Shown piece by piece: positions 53,154 to 61,680 of a stretch of 64,000 nt of DNA. The stretch is from an uncultured beta proteobacterium. Its GTDB lineage: Bacteria > Pseudomonadota > Gammaproteobacteria > Burkholderiales > Rhodocyclaceae. The position numbers were made by a program, and so were the translations under genes. Every line of letters begins with the position of its first letter. Position 1 is the first letter of the stretch. The DNA is taken from contig CAVSFS010000011.1 in the NCBI GenBank assembly GCA_963727115.1, positions 89,149 through 153,148 of the forward strand, given 5' to 3'. Below the pieces are notes generated by a model that was given only the letters and a program-made list of their open reading frames with translations, did no database searches and had not been told where the DNA came from.

Positions 53154-54566
53154 TCAGTCCTCCAGAATCCAGGTATCTTTGGTGCCGCCGCCCTGCGACG
53201 AATTGACGACCAGCGAACCCTTGGTCAGCGCGACCCGGGTCAGGCCGCCCGGCACCATGCTTACGCACTCGCCGGACGACAGCACGAAGGGTCGCAGATC
53301 GAGGTGGCGTGGCGCGATGCCTTCATCGACGAAAGTCGGGCAGTTGGACAGCGCCAGCGTCGGCTGGGCAATGTAGCCGTCCGGCTTGGCGATCAGCAAC
53401 TGGCGGAAGCGTTCGATCTCCTCCTTGCTGGCGGCCGGGCCGACCAGCATGCCGTAACCGCCGGCGCCATGGACTTCCTTGACCACCAGTTCGGGCAGGT
53501 GATCGAGCACGTACTTGAGATCATCCGGCTTGCGACACATGTGGGTCGGCACGTTGTTCAGCTTCGGCTCCTCGCCAAGGTAGAAGCGGATCATGTCCGG
53601 CACGTAGGGGTAGATCGACTTGTCGTCGGCGACGCCGGTGCCGATCGCGTTGGACAGCGTCACGTTGCCGGCCTGGTAGGCCCTGAGGATGCCCGGCACA
53701 CCCAGCGAGGAATCCTCACGGAAGACCAGCGGGTCCATGAAGTCGTCGTCGATGCGCCGGTAGATCACATCGACGCGCTGCGGCCCCTGCGTCGTGCGCA
53801 TATAAACCACCTCGTCCTTGACGAAGAGATCGCGGCCTTCGACCAGTTCGACACCCATCTGCTGGGCGAGGAAGGTGTGCTCGAAATAGGCGCTGTTGTA
53901 GGCGCCCGGCGTCAGCACGACCACGGTCGGATCACTGACCCCCTTGGGCGAGACGGCGCGCAGCTTTTCCAGCAGCAGGTCGGGATAGTGCTGAACCGGC
54001 GCCACCTTGTGTTTGGCAAAGAGCTCCGGGAACAGCCGCATCATCATCTTGCGATCTTGCAGCATGTAGGAAACACCCGACGGCACGCGCAGGTTGTCCT
54101 CCAGCACGTAGAACTCGCCGGCGCCGGCGCGCACGATGTCAATCCCGGCTATATGGGCATAGATACCGCCGGGCAGGTCGACGCCCTTCATGACCGACCG
54201 GTACTGCGCGTTGTTGAGCACCTGCTCGGCCGGTATCTTGCCCGCCTTGAGAATTTCCTGACCATGGTAGATGTCGGCAAGGAACATGTTGAGCGCCTTG
54301 ACCCGCTGGCGCAGGCCCGCCTGCATGGATTTCCATTCGGCCGAAGGAATGATGCGCGGAATAATGTCGAAGGGAATCAGGCGTTCCTTGCCCGCCTCCT
54401 CGCCGTAGACGGCAAAGGTGATCCCGACGCGATGGAAGGCCAGATCGGCCTCGGCCCGCTTGCGGGCGATGCGTTCGGGCGGGGTCGCCTTGAGCCATTC
54501 ATCATAGGCCTGGTAATGAGCACGGACGCCGCCGTTGGCGTCGATCATTTCGTTATAGAAGTTCAT
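53154..54566 (-). CDS. Circularly permuted ATP-grasp protein (type 2)
   Basis: 470 aa: MNFYNEMIDANGGVRAHYQAYDEWL...YNSAYFEHTFLAQQMGVELVEGRDLFV...RRIDDDFMDPLVFREDSSLGVPGIL. Confidence 0.82.
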   Translation of the reverse strand: MNFYNEMIDANGGVRAHYQAYDEWLKATPPERIARKRAEADLAFHRVGITFAVYGEEAGKERLIPFDIIPRIIPSAEWKSMQAGLRQRVKALNMFLADIYHGQEILKAGKIPAEQVLNNAQYRSVMKGVDLPGGIYAHIAGIDIVRAGAGEFYVLEDNLRVPSGVSYMLQDRKMMMRLFPELFAKHKVAPVQHYPDLLLEKLRAVSPKGVSDPTVVVLTPGAYNSAYFEHTFLAQQMGVELVEGRDLFVKDEVVYMRTTQGPQRVDVIYRRIDDDFMDPLVFREDSSLGVPGILRAYQAGNVTLSNAIGTGVADDKSIYPYVPDMIRFYLGEEPKLNNVPTHMCRKPDDLKYVLDHLPELVVKEVHGAGGYGMLVGPAASKEEIERFRQLLIAKPDGYIAQPTLALSNCPTFVDEGIAPRHLDLRPFVLSSGECVSMVPGGLTRVALTKGSLVVNSSQGGGTKDTWILED

Positions 54567-54604
54567 ATTCGACTCGTCGCTGAGGATGCTCTCGCAACTG
54601 ATTC

Positions 54605-54620
54605 AGCAGTTTCCGTGCCA
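54605..54620 (-). promoter_or_regulatory. Sigma-54 (-24/-12) promoter candidate for the ATP-grasp operon
   Basis: The minus strand reads TGGCACGGAAACTGCT, against the consensus TGGCACG-N4-TTGCW. GG and GC are at the canonical spacing, and the -12 GC lies about 40 nt upstream of the ATG at 54566. Confidence 0.5.
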
Positions 54621-54802
54621 CGGAATAAACCCACATAAAATCAGCGGATTGAAATATCGTGCTCACAAGCCACGCCCCACTGCGGTGCGTGCAACTCCAA
54701 AGTGGTGCAACATCTACAGGGGATACGGCCCAAGGCCGCCCGGTGGACCATGGCCCGAGGCCACGCAGAGGCCATGCCGCCTTCACCGGCACCGCCGGTG
54801 AT

Positions 54803-54834
54803 ATAAAAAAACCCACCGGATCGCTCCGGTGGGT
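54803..54834 (-). terminator. Intrinsic terminator after the thiolase gene
   Basis: 10-bp stem acccaccgga / tccggtgggt with loop tcgc, followed by a T7 run on the minus strand (the complement of aaaaaaa at 54804-54810). Confidence 0.8.
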
Positions 54835-54861
54835 TTCTGTCCGGCTAAAACGCCGAAGCGA

Positions 54862-56043
54862 TCAGGCGCGTTCGAAGATACAGGCGATACCTTGACCACC
54901 GCCGATGCACATCGTCACCAGGCAGTACTTGCCGCCGACACGCTCCAGCTCGTACAAGGCCTTGGTGGCGATGAAGGCGCCGGAACAGCCGACCGGGTGA
55001 CCGAGGGCGATGGCGCCGCCGTTCGGGTTGGTCTTGGCCGGATCGAGGCCGAGCACCTTCGAAACCGTCAACGCCTGAGCCGCAAAGGCTTCGTTGGACT
55101 CGATGACGTCCATCTGGTCCAGGGTCAGGCCAGCCTTCTTCAGGGCCAGCTTGGTGGCCGGGATCGGGCCTTCGCCCATGATGTCGTTCGGCACGCCGGC
55201 AACGGCGTAGGAAACCAGACGAGCCATCGCCTTGTGGCCGGCCTTGGCGGCCACATCGGCGGCAGCCAGCACGAAGAAGGCGGCGCCGTCGTTGATGCCC
55301 GAGGCGTTACCGGCGGTCACGGTGCCGTCTTTCTTGAACGCCGGCTTCATCTTGGCGAGGGTTTCCATGGTCGTGCCGCGCTTGACGTGCTCGTCGGTAT
55401 CGAAAACGACTTCGCCCTTGCGGGTCTGCTTGACGATCGGGATGATCTGCGACTTGAAGTGACCGGCGTCGATGGCGGCAGCCGCGCGGCGCTGCGATTC
55501 GACGGCGAGGGCATCCTGCTGCTCGCGCGTGAAGCCATGCTTGACGGCCAGGTTCTCAGCGGTGATGCCCATGTGGCCGACGCCGAACGGGTCGGTCAGG
55601 ACGGCAACCATCGAGTCGACTGCCTTGGTGTCACCCATGCGGGCGCCGGAACGCAGCGCCGGCAACAGGTAGGCGGCCTTGGACATGACCTCGACACCAC
55701 CGCCGATACCGTAGTCGGCATCGTTCAGCATGATGTTCTGGGCGGTGCTGACGATACCCTGCAGACCGGAGGCGCACAGGCGGCTGACCTGCATGGCGAC
55801 TGATTCCATCGACAGGCCGGCCTGGATCGAGGCGACGCGCGACACGTAGGCGTAGCGGGAATCGGTCGGCATCGTGGTGCCGACGGTGACGTAGTTGATC
55901 TGTTGTGGATCGACACCGGAGCGGACAACAGCTTCCTTCATGACGATGCCAGCCAGCTCGGTCGATTCGAAATCGGCCAGGGCACCACCAAAAGTACCAA
56001 TCGGGGAACGAACTGCGCTTAGAACGACAACATCTCTGCTCAT
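54862..56043 (-). CDS. Acetyl-CoA C-acetyltransferase (thiolase II)
   Basis: ORF 54862-56115 trimmed to ATG 56043 (MSRDVVVLSAVRSPIGTFGG...). Active-site regions are VSRLCASGLQ, NEAFAAQ and CIGGGQGIA. Confidence 0.92.
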   Translation of the reverse strand: MSRDVVVLSAVRSPIGTFGGALADFESTELAGIVMKEAVVRSGVDPQQINYVTVGTTMPTDSRYAYVSRVASIQAGLSMESVAMQVSRLCASGLQGIVSTAQNIMLNDADYGIGGGVEVMSKAAYLLPALRSGARMGDTKAVDSMVAVLTDPFGVGHMGITAENLAVKHGFTREQQDALAVESQRRAAAAIDAGHFKSQIIPIVKQTRKGEVVFDTDEHVKRGTTMETLAKMKPAFKKDGTVTAGNASGINDGAAFFVLAAADVAAKAGHKAMARLVSYAVAGVPNDIMGEGPIPATKLALKKAGLTLDQMDVIESNEAFAAQALTVSKVLGLDPAKTNPNGGAIALGHPVGCSGAFIATKALYELERVGGKYCLVTMCIGGGQGIACIFERA

Positions 56044-56066
56044 ATATTTCTCCTTATTAAATTGAT

Positions 56067-56990
56067 TCAGCCCACCAGACTGGCGAGCCCCAACAACAGC
56101 AACAACAACATCCAAAGCACCGTGGCCCGCCAGACGAGTCCGACCGCACTCTGCATGAAATCGACATCGGCCGGGTCACCGACACCCAACTCCGCCCCCT
56201 CGATCACCTCGGCGCCTTCGACCAGCGGCAGGCCGAGCCGGACACCCAGCGCGCCGGCGCCGCTGGCCAGCACGATCCCGACATTACGGTCCGGCCATTG
56301 AGCAGCCTGGGTGCGCCAGCAATACAGCGCATCCTCGAAATCGCCAACGATGGCGAAGGCAGATGCCGTCGCGCGCGACGGCAACCACTCGATAATACTG
56401 AAAACCCGTGCTGAGAACGCGGGGAAATCATTACGTTCCGTGGAATTTCTGGCTTGCCAGCGATCCCTGACCACCGCCGCCATCCGGTAAAGCAGCGCGC
56501 CACACGGCCCCGGCACCAACACGAAACAGAGGATCACCGCAAAGACATGGCGATGCGCGGCGACCAGCCCGGCTTCGATCGACAGGCGCGCAATTTCCTG
56601 CGAACCCAGCCCATCCGCCGAGCGCCCCTGCCATTCGCCCAGCAGGTGCCTGGCGCGCGGCAAATCGTCCATCCGCAATGCGAGTTCGATTTCGTTGTAG
56701 TGGTGGCTGAACTGGCGAAACCCCAGCGTCAGGTAGAGGATACCGACATTGAGCAACCAGCCGAAAAGCGGACTGAGCGAGTAGAGAAATCCGTAAATGA
56801 CCGCAACCAGAACCACCGGCGCCAGCACCGCAAGGCACCAGGCGATGACGCCATGACGATATTCACCGGCATCGAAGCGCGATTCGATGAAATCCGCCCA
56901 GGCCGCAAGGGGCTCTTCCACCACGCGACGGTAATGCAGGGGCTGCAACTGCTCGATGAGAAAAACCGCGATCAGCGAGAGAAAGCTCAT
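56067..56990 (-). CDS. CobD/CbiB-family (AmpE-like) membrane protein
   Basis: 307 aa (MSFLSLIAVFLIEQLQPLHYRR...) with a polytopic architecture typical of this family. It sits next to a CoA-type Nudix gene, as I recall from other betaproteobacteria. Confidence 0.55.
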   Translation of the reverse strand: MSFLSLIAVFLIEQLQPLHYRRVVEEPLAAWADFIESRFDAGEYRHGVIAWCLAVLAPVVLVAVIYGFLYSLSPLFGWLLNVGILYLTLGFRQFSHHYNEIELALRMDDLPRARHLLGEWQGRSADGLGSQEIARLSIEAGLVAAHRHVFAVILCFVLVPGPCGALLYRMAAVVRDRWQARNSTERNDFPAFSARVFSIIEWLPSRATASAFAIVGDFEDALYCWRTQAAQWPDRNVGIVLASGAGALGVRLGLPLVEGAEVIEGAELGVGDPADVDFMQSAVGLVWRATVLWMLLLLLLGLASLVG

Positions 56991-57054
56991 TTGGGGCCAA
57001 AAATTGCCGTGTTCGGCTTATTTTCTTGTACTAAAGCGCCACGATACCACAAGC

Positions 57055-57648
57055 TCAAGCCGCGTGGAGACCCAAACGCTCGGTCAGCGAGCGAATCATG
57101 CCGGCCGTCGCGCCCCAGATGAAATAGTCGCCGTAGGGCATGGCGAAGAAATGGCGCAGGGCGCCGCGATAATGCAGCGAATGGCGCTGGTGGTTGGCCG
57201 GGTCGAGCAGGAAGGAAAGTGGCACCTCGAACGCCTCCGCTACCTCGAATGGATCGAGCACAAGCTCGAACGGCGGCGTCACCAGCGCGACCACGGGCGT
57301 CACCCGAAATCCCGTGCCGGTTCTGTATTCCGGAAGGTAGCCAAGAATCTCGACTTGCTCCCGCGAAAGACCGATTTCCTCTTCCGTCTCGCGCAATGCG
57401 GTATGAACCGGCGACTGATCCTCCGCCTCGACACGCCCGCCGGGAAAGCTGATCTGCCCCGCATGATCCCGCAGATGCGCGGTGCGCTGGGTTAACAACA
57501 CCGTATGGCCGTCATCGCGCAACACGATGGGAAAGAGGACGGCGGCGCGCGTCAGCGGCAAACCCTCGCCGCCATCTTCCTGCACGAAAATGCCGTCCGC
57601 AGGTTCGCTCAGCAAGCTCGCCCGCAGGCGCTCAAGATCAAAACTCAT
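57055..57648 (-). CDS. Nudix hydrolase, CoA pyrophosphatase type
   Basis: 197 aa with the Nudix box GGRVEAEDQSPVHTALRETEEEIGL. The preceding LLTQRTAHLRDHAGQISFPGG is typical of the NudL-like subgroup. Confidence 0.8.
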   Translation of the reverse strand: MSFDLERLRASLLSEPADGIFVQEDGGEGLPLTRAAVLFPIVLRDDGHTVLLTQRTAHLRDHAGQISFPGGRVEAEDQSPVHTALRETEEEIGLSREQVEILGYLPEYRTGTGFRVTPVVALVTPPFELVLDPFEVAEAFEVPLSFLLDPANHQRHSLHYRGALRHFFAMPYGDYFIWGATAGMIRSLTERLGLHAA

Positions 57649-57902
57649 GCGGTTTCGGCGTCGTCCTCGATCTCCACATGGATTGCTGAAAGGGCATCCT
57701 GCAAGGTTTCCTCGGAAAGCTCGTTGAGCGACGTGGCCACCATGTCGGCGGCCTCGACTGCACCGACCGGCAGTTGCTTGCTGTCGAGGCTGGCAATCAG
57801 CGCGGCCGACGCGCCCGCCACGCGCAGAATGGCCTGCCGCTCCGCCATCAGCATTTCGACTTCGTGCCGAAGCATGGCAATTTCCTGATCGCGGTGCGGC
57901 AT
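57645..57902 (-). CDS. Hypothetical small acidic coiled-coil-like protein
   Basis: 85-aa ORF whose stop overlaps the Nudix start (ATGA). Codon bias matches its neighbours. No recognisable motif. Confidence 0.5.
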   Translation of the reverse strand: MPHRDQEIAMLRHEVEMLMAERQAILRVAGASAALIASLDSKQLPVGAVEAADMVATSLNELSEETLQDALSAIHVEIEDDAETA

Positions 57903-57911
57903 CTTTCTCTC

Positions 57912-58589
57912 CTAAAATCGTTTCTTGAGGGTCATGGAACTGCCGTCGCGCTGCATTTCCATCCGGTTCAGAAAACTCATGCCGAGAAGGGCCATGGGCA
58001 TCTCCGTCTGGTGTATCAGCGCATCCACATTGTGCAGCGTCACATCGCCAATCCGCACGGTATCGAGTTGAATCTTGCTCACTATACTCTGGCCGTTGGC
58101 GGTCTGGGTCATGCCCTTCTGGCCACGATTGAAATCGAGCCCGATCCGGCGGGCATCGCTCGCGCCCAGGGAAATCATCGTCGCCCCGGTATCGACCAGG
58201 AATCGCACCGAAACGCCGTTGATCGTCCCGGTGGTGTAGAAATGCCCCTGATTATCCGCCGTCATGACGACCTTGCCCGAGCCATCGGCCGTCGTAGCGC
58301 CGATGGCGTGCTGGCCGACGCGCAACGGGCGCTTCTTGCCGCCGATTTCGATGACGACCTGATCACCCTGGACCGAGACCACTTTCACGCCGTCGAGCGA
58401 TTGTCCGACCGCGACCGACTGCGGCTCGCCGCCGTTGACCATCAACATTGCCTTGCTGCCCATGACGCCGGCGAGGCCGACATCCTGCGCATCGGCGCTC
58501 CCGGAAATCAGGCAAAGCGCCAGCGCCAGCGGCGTACAATGACGGGTCAATTTTCCGGACGTTTCTGCAGCCATGCTACCTGTTGCCAT
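57912..58589 (-). CDS. Retropepsin-like (clan AA) aspartic protease, exported
   Basis: 225 aa with a signal-like N-terminus (LALALCLISGSADA) and the catalytic motif FLVDTGATMISL. An alternative start lies at 58574. Confidence 0.7.
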   Translation of the reverse strand: MATGSMAAETSGKLTRHCTPLALALCLISGSADAQDVGLAGVMGSKAMLMVNGGEPQSVAVGQSLDGVKVVSVQGDQVVIEIGGKKRPLRVGQHAIGATTADGSGKVVMTADNQGHFYTTGTINGVSVRFLVDTGATMISLGASDARRIGLDFNRGQKGMTQTANGQSIVSKIQLDTVRIGDVTLHNVDALIHQTEMPMALLGMSFLNRMEMQRDGSSMTLKKRF

Positions 58590-59286
58590 ATTTCGCCACG
58601 CTCCGACGGAAGGTCCGGGCTATTTTGCCATATTCCTTGAGCGGCAAGGGATTCCATGGCGGCTGATCGCCATCGACCAAGGCGAATCCGTACCTGCCAC
58701 GGTCAACGGCTTTTCCGGCCTCTGTTTCATGGGCGGCCCGATGAGCGTCAACGATCCGCTGCCATGGATCGAACCAGTGTGCAAACTGATCCGCGCTGCC
58801 GTGGCGCTGAACATCCCGGTGATTGGCCACTGCCTCGGCGGCCAGTTGATGAGCAAGGCACTGGGCGGTGCAGTGACGCGGAATCCGGTCAAGGAAATCG
58901 GCTGGGGCGAAGCCGGCGGCGAGGACAGCGCACTTGCAAGAGACTGGCTAGGGCCTTATGCGGGAAAACCGGGCACGGTTTTCCAGTGGCACGGCGAAAC
59001 TTTCAGTATCCCGCCGGGCGCCACCCGCCTGTTCACCAACCAGCACTGCACCAACCAGATGTTCGCCCTTGGCCCGCACCTTGGCATGCAGTGCCATGTC
59101 GAGATGACCCCGGAAATGATTTCCACCTGGTGCGAACAATGGGCGGAAGAAGCGGCCACGGTGGCCGACCAACCCAGCGTACAGACCCCCGAGACCATGC
59201 AGGCCGAAATCGGCGAACGCCTCCCGGTCATGCGCCAGCTTTCGGAGCAGCTTTACTCGGTGTGGATCAAGGGGCTACAGCGCTGA
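58573..59286 (+). CDS. Class I glutamine amidotransferase-like protein
   Basis: 237 aa with the nucleophile elbow region VIGHCLGGQLM and a later His (MQCHVEMT). Confidence 0.7.
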   Translation: MLPVAIFRHAPTEGPGYFAIFLERQGIPWRLIAIDQGESVPATVNGFSGLCFMGGPMSVNDPLPWIEPVCKLIRAAVALNIPVIGHCLGGQLMSKALGGAVTRNPVKEIGWGEAGGEDSALARDWLGPYAGKPGTVFQWHGETFSIPPGATRLFTNQHCTNQMFALGPHLGMQCHVEMTPEMISTWCEQWAEEAATVADQPSVQTPETMQAEIGERLPVMRQLSEQLYSVWIKGLQR

Positions 59287-59319
59287 AAGCGCGACAAATG
59301 CCCAAGCGAAGCGGTGGGC

Positions 59320-59814
59320 TCAGTCGCGGAAATTGCCGTACTTGATCGGAAAATCCGCGATCGATTTGGTGATCAGCGCAATACAGCCCTGCAGATCATC
59401 GCGCTTGGCACCCTGAATGCGCACGGTATCACCCTGGATCGAGGCCTGCACCTTCAGCTTGCCATCCTTGACCAGCTTGACGATCTTCTTGGCCAGATCG
59501 CTGTCGATGCCATCCTTGATCTTCAGATCCTGCTTGACCTTGTTGCCGGAAACGCTGATCACCTTCTGGTGATCCAGGCGCTTGACGCTCTCCTTCTCCT
59601 TCTTTTCCATGGCCGGAAAAAGAAGATCCTTGATCTGGTCGAGCTGAAAGTCGGAATCGCCCCACAGGGTGATGACCTTGTCCTTCTCGTTGAGTTCGAC
59701 CTTGGCGCTGGTGCCCTTGAAGTCGTAGCGATTGTCGATCTGGCGGGAAGTGACATCGATGGCGTTCTTCAACGCCACCATGTCCGCTTCTGAGGTGAAG
59801 TCAAAGCTCGGCAT
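59320..59814 (-). CDS. yajQ: YajQ-family nucleotide (c-di-GMP)-binding protein
   Basis: ORF trimmed to ATG 59814: MPSFDFTSEADMVALKNAIDVTSRQIDNRYDFKGTSAKVELNEK... Confidence 0.88.
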   Translation of the reverse strand: MPSFDFTSEADMVALKNAIDVTSRQIDNRYDFKGTSAKVELNEKDKVITLWGDSDFQLDQIKDLLFPAMEKKEKESVKRLDHQKVISVSGNKVKQDLKIKDGIDSDLAKKIVKLVKDGKLKVQASIQGDTVRIQGAKRDDLQGCIALITKSIADFPIKYGNFRD

Positions 59815-59819
59815 TATGC

Positions 59820-60131
59820 TTATCCAAAGTGGCAAACGTAGTGATACGGCTCGTCGCAGGCGATTTCAAAACTGGAATTGCCCGGCACGTTGAAGGACTG
59901 GCCATCGCCGTAGTTCTTCCAATCGCTTTCGCCCTTGAGCCTGACGCGGCAGGAACCGCCAACGCCTTCCATGATTTCCGGCGCACCGGTGTTGAAGGTC
60001 AGGCTGGACGGCATGATCACGCCGACCGTTTTCTTCGTGCCGTCAGGAAGCACAACCGTGTGGCTGACGCACTTGCCGTCGAAATAAACATTGGCCTTCT
60101 TGACCACCGAAATGTTGTCGTATTGAGACAT
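59820..60131 (-). CDS. ppnP: Pyrimidine/purine nucleoside phosphorylase PpnP (DUF1255 cupin)
   Basis: 103 aa: [42 protein letters not shown]... Confidence 0.85.
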   Translation of the reverse strand: MSQYDNISVVKKANVYFDGKCVSHTVVLPDGTKKTVGVIMPSSLTFNTGAPEIMEGVGGSCRVRLKGESDWKNYGDGQSFNVPGNSSFEIACDEPYHYVCHFG

Positions 60132-60355
60132 CAGATACCCCAGAGTTTTTGAATGATGGCCTTGGCGATGAAGCCAACCATGCCGAAAGAGAGCACGAAG
60201 AAGAGAACGAAGGTACCCATCTTGCCGGCCTTCGATCTCCAGGCGATCTCGCCGATGATGAACAGCATGAACAGGATGAACGCGCCCACCCCCCAGGTTG
60301 CGCCAAAATTCGCAAGCTGCTCCTCGGTAAAGCCGAACAGGGTGCCGCTTTCCAT
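60131..60355 (-). CDS. DUF2788-type small membrane protein
   Basis: 74 aa with two hydrophobic helices. The stop overlaps the ppnP start by 1 nt. Confidence 0.6.
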   Translation of the reverse strand: MESGTLFGFTEEQLANFGATWGVGAFILFMLFIIGEIAWRSKAGKMGTFVLFFVLSFGMVGFIAKAIIQKLWGI

Positions 60356-60358
60356 CGC

Positions 60359-61670
60359 TTAGCCTTTTTTACCGGCCACCGTCTTCTTCACCGGCGCCTT
60401 TTTGACGGGTTTGGCAGCAGCTTTCTTGGCCGCCGGCTTGCCCGACTTGCGCGCAGCCAGATTGGCGGCGATGCGCATGCGCAGTGCGTTCAACTTGATG
60501 AAGCCGCCGGCATCGCGCTGGTCGTAAGCACCGGCATCGTCCTCGAAGGTGGCGATGGTCGAGTCAAACAGCGAATCGGTCTCCGAGTCGCGACCGACGA
60601 CGATGACGTTGCCCTTGTACAGTTTCAGGCGCACCGTGCCGTTGACGCGTCTGCTGCGTGTGGTCGATCAGCACCTGCAGCGCCTTGCGCTCCGGGCTCC
60701 ACCAGTAGCCGTTGTACACCAGGCTGGCGTAGCGCGGCATCAGGTCGTCCTTGAGGTGGGCGACTTCGCGGTCCAGCGTCACCGATTCGATGGCGCGGTG
60801 GGCGCGCAGCAGGATCGTGCCGCCCGGGGTTTCGTAGCAGCCGCGCGACTTCATGCCGACGTAGCGGTTCTCGACCAGATCGAGACGGCCGATGCCGTGC
60901 TTGCCGCCGATTTCGTTCAGCGTGCCGAGCACTTCGTGGGCCTTCATCTTCTTGCCGTTGATGGCGACGACGTCACCCTTGGCGAATTCGAGGTCGAGGT
61001 ATTCGGCCTTGTTCGGCGCCTTTTCCGGCGACACGGTCCACCGCCACATCGATTCTTCGGCTTCGGCCGCCGGGTCTTCGAGGTGACGGCCTTCGTAGGA
61101 AATGTGCAGCAGGTTGGCGTCCATCGAATACGGGGAGCCGCCCTTCTTGTGCTTCATGTCGATCTCGATGCCATGCTTCTCGGCATAGGCCATCAGCTTC
61201 TCGCGCGACATCAGATCCCATTCGCGCCACGGGGCGATGACCTTGATGCCCGGCTTCAGCGCGTAGGCGCCGAGCTCGAAACGCACCTGGTCGTTGCCCT
61301 TGCCGGTCGCGCCGTGACAGATGGCGTCGGCGCCGGTTTCATTGACGATCTCGATCAGGCGCTTGGCGATCAGCGGCCGGGCGATCGAAGTACCGAGCAG
61401 GTACTCGCCTTCGTAAACGGTATTGGCGCGGAACATCGGGAAGACGAAGTCGCGGACGAACTCCTCGCGCACATCGTCGATATAGATGTTCTTCGGCTTG
61501 ATGCCGGCCTTCAGCGCCTTGGCGCGCGCCGGCTCCAGTTCTTCACCCTGGCCGAGGTCGGCCGTGAAGGTGACCACTTCGCACTTGTACACATCCTGCA
61601 GCCACTTGAGGATGACCGAGGTATCCAGACCGCCCGAATAGGCCAGCACAACTTTTTTGATATCACTCAT
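60359..61670 (-). CDS. argG: Argininosuccinate synthase with an apparent 1-nt frameshift near 60648 and an Ala/Lys/Pro-rich C-terminal tail
   Basis: The N-terminal part runs from ATG 61670 ([19 protein letters not shown]...[19 protein letters not shown]). The continuation [28 protein letters not shown]...[48 protein letters not shown] lies in the frame of ORF 60359-60634. Confidence 0.9.
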
Positions 61671-61680
61671 TTCTGTTTCC

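Noticed and set aside
54684-54709. Possible NtrC binding site (TGCAAC ... GGTGCA)
   Set aside because: The half-sites are NtrC-like, but the spacer is 8 nt instead of the 5 nt I recall for the TGCACC-N5-GGTGCA consensus. It is kept only as an unassigned inverted repeat within the sigma-54 finding.
54553-54816. 87-aa minus-strand ORF (and plus-strand ORFs at 54586-54801 and 54659-54895) in the 295-bp region upstream of the ATP-grasp gene, considered as a possible precursor peptide for the ligases
   Set aside because: It overlaps the ATP-grasp start codon and runs through the putative sigma-54 promoter. It has no ribosome-binding site and an odd composition (Trp/Pro/Ser-rich). No known family of these ATP-grasp systems requires such a peptide. 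I treated the region as regulatory DNA.
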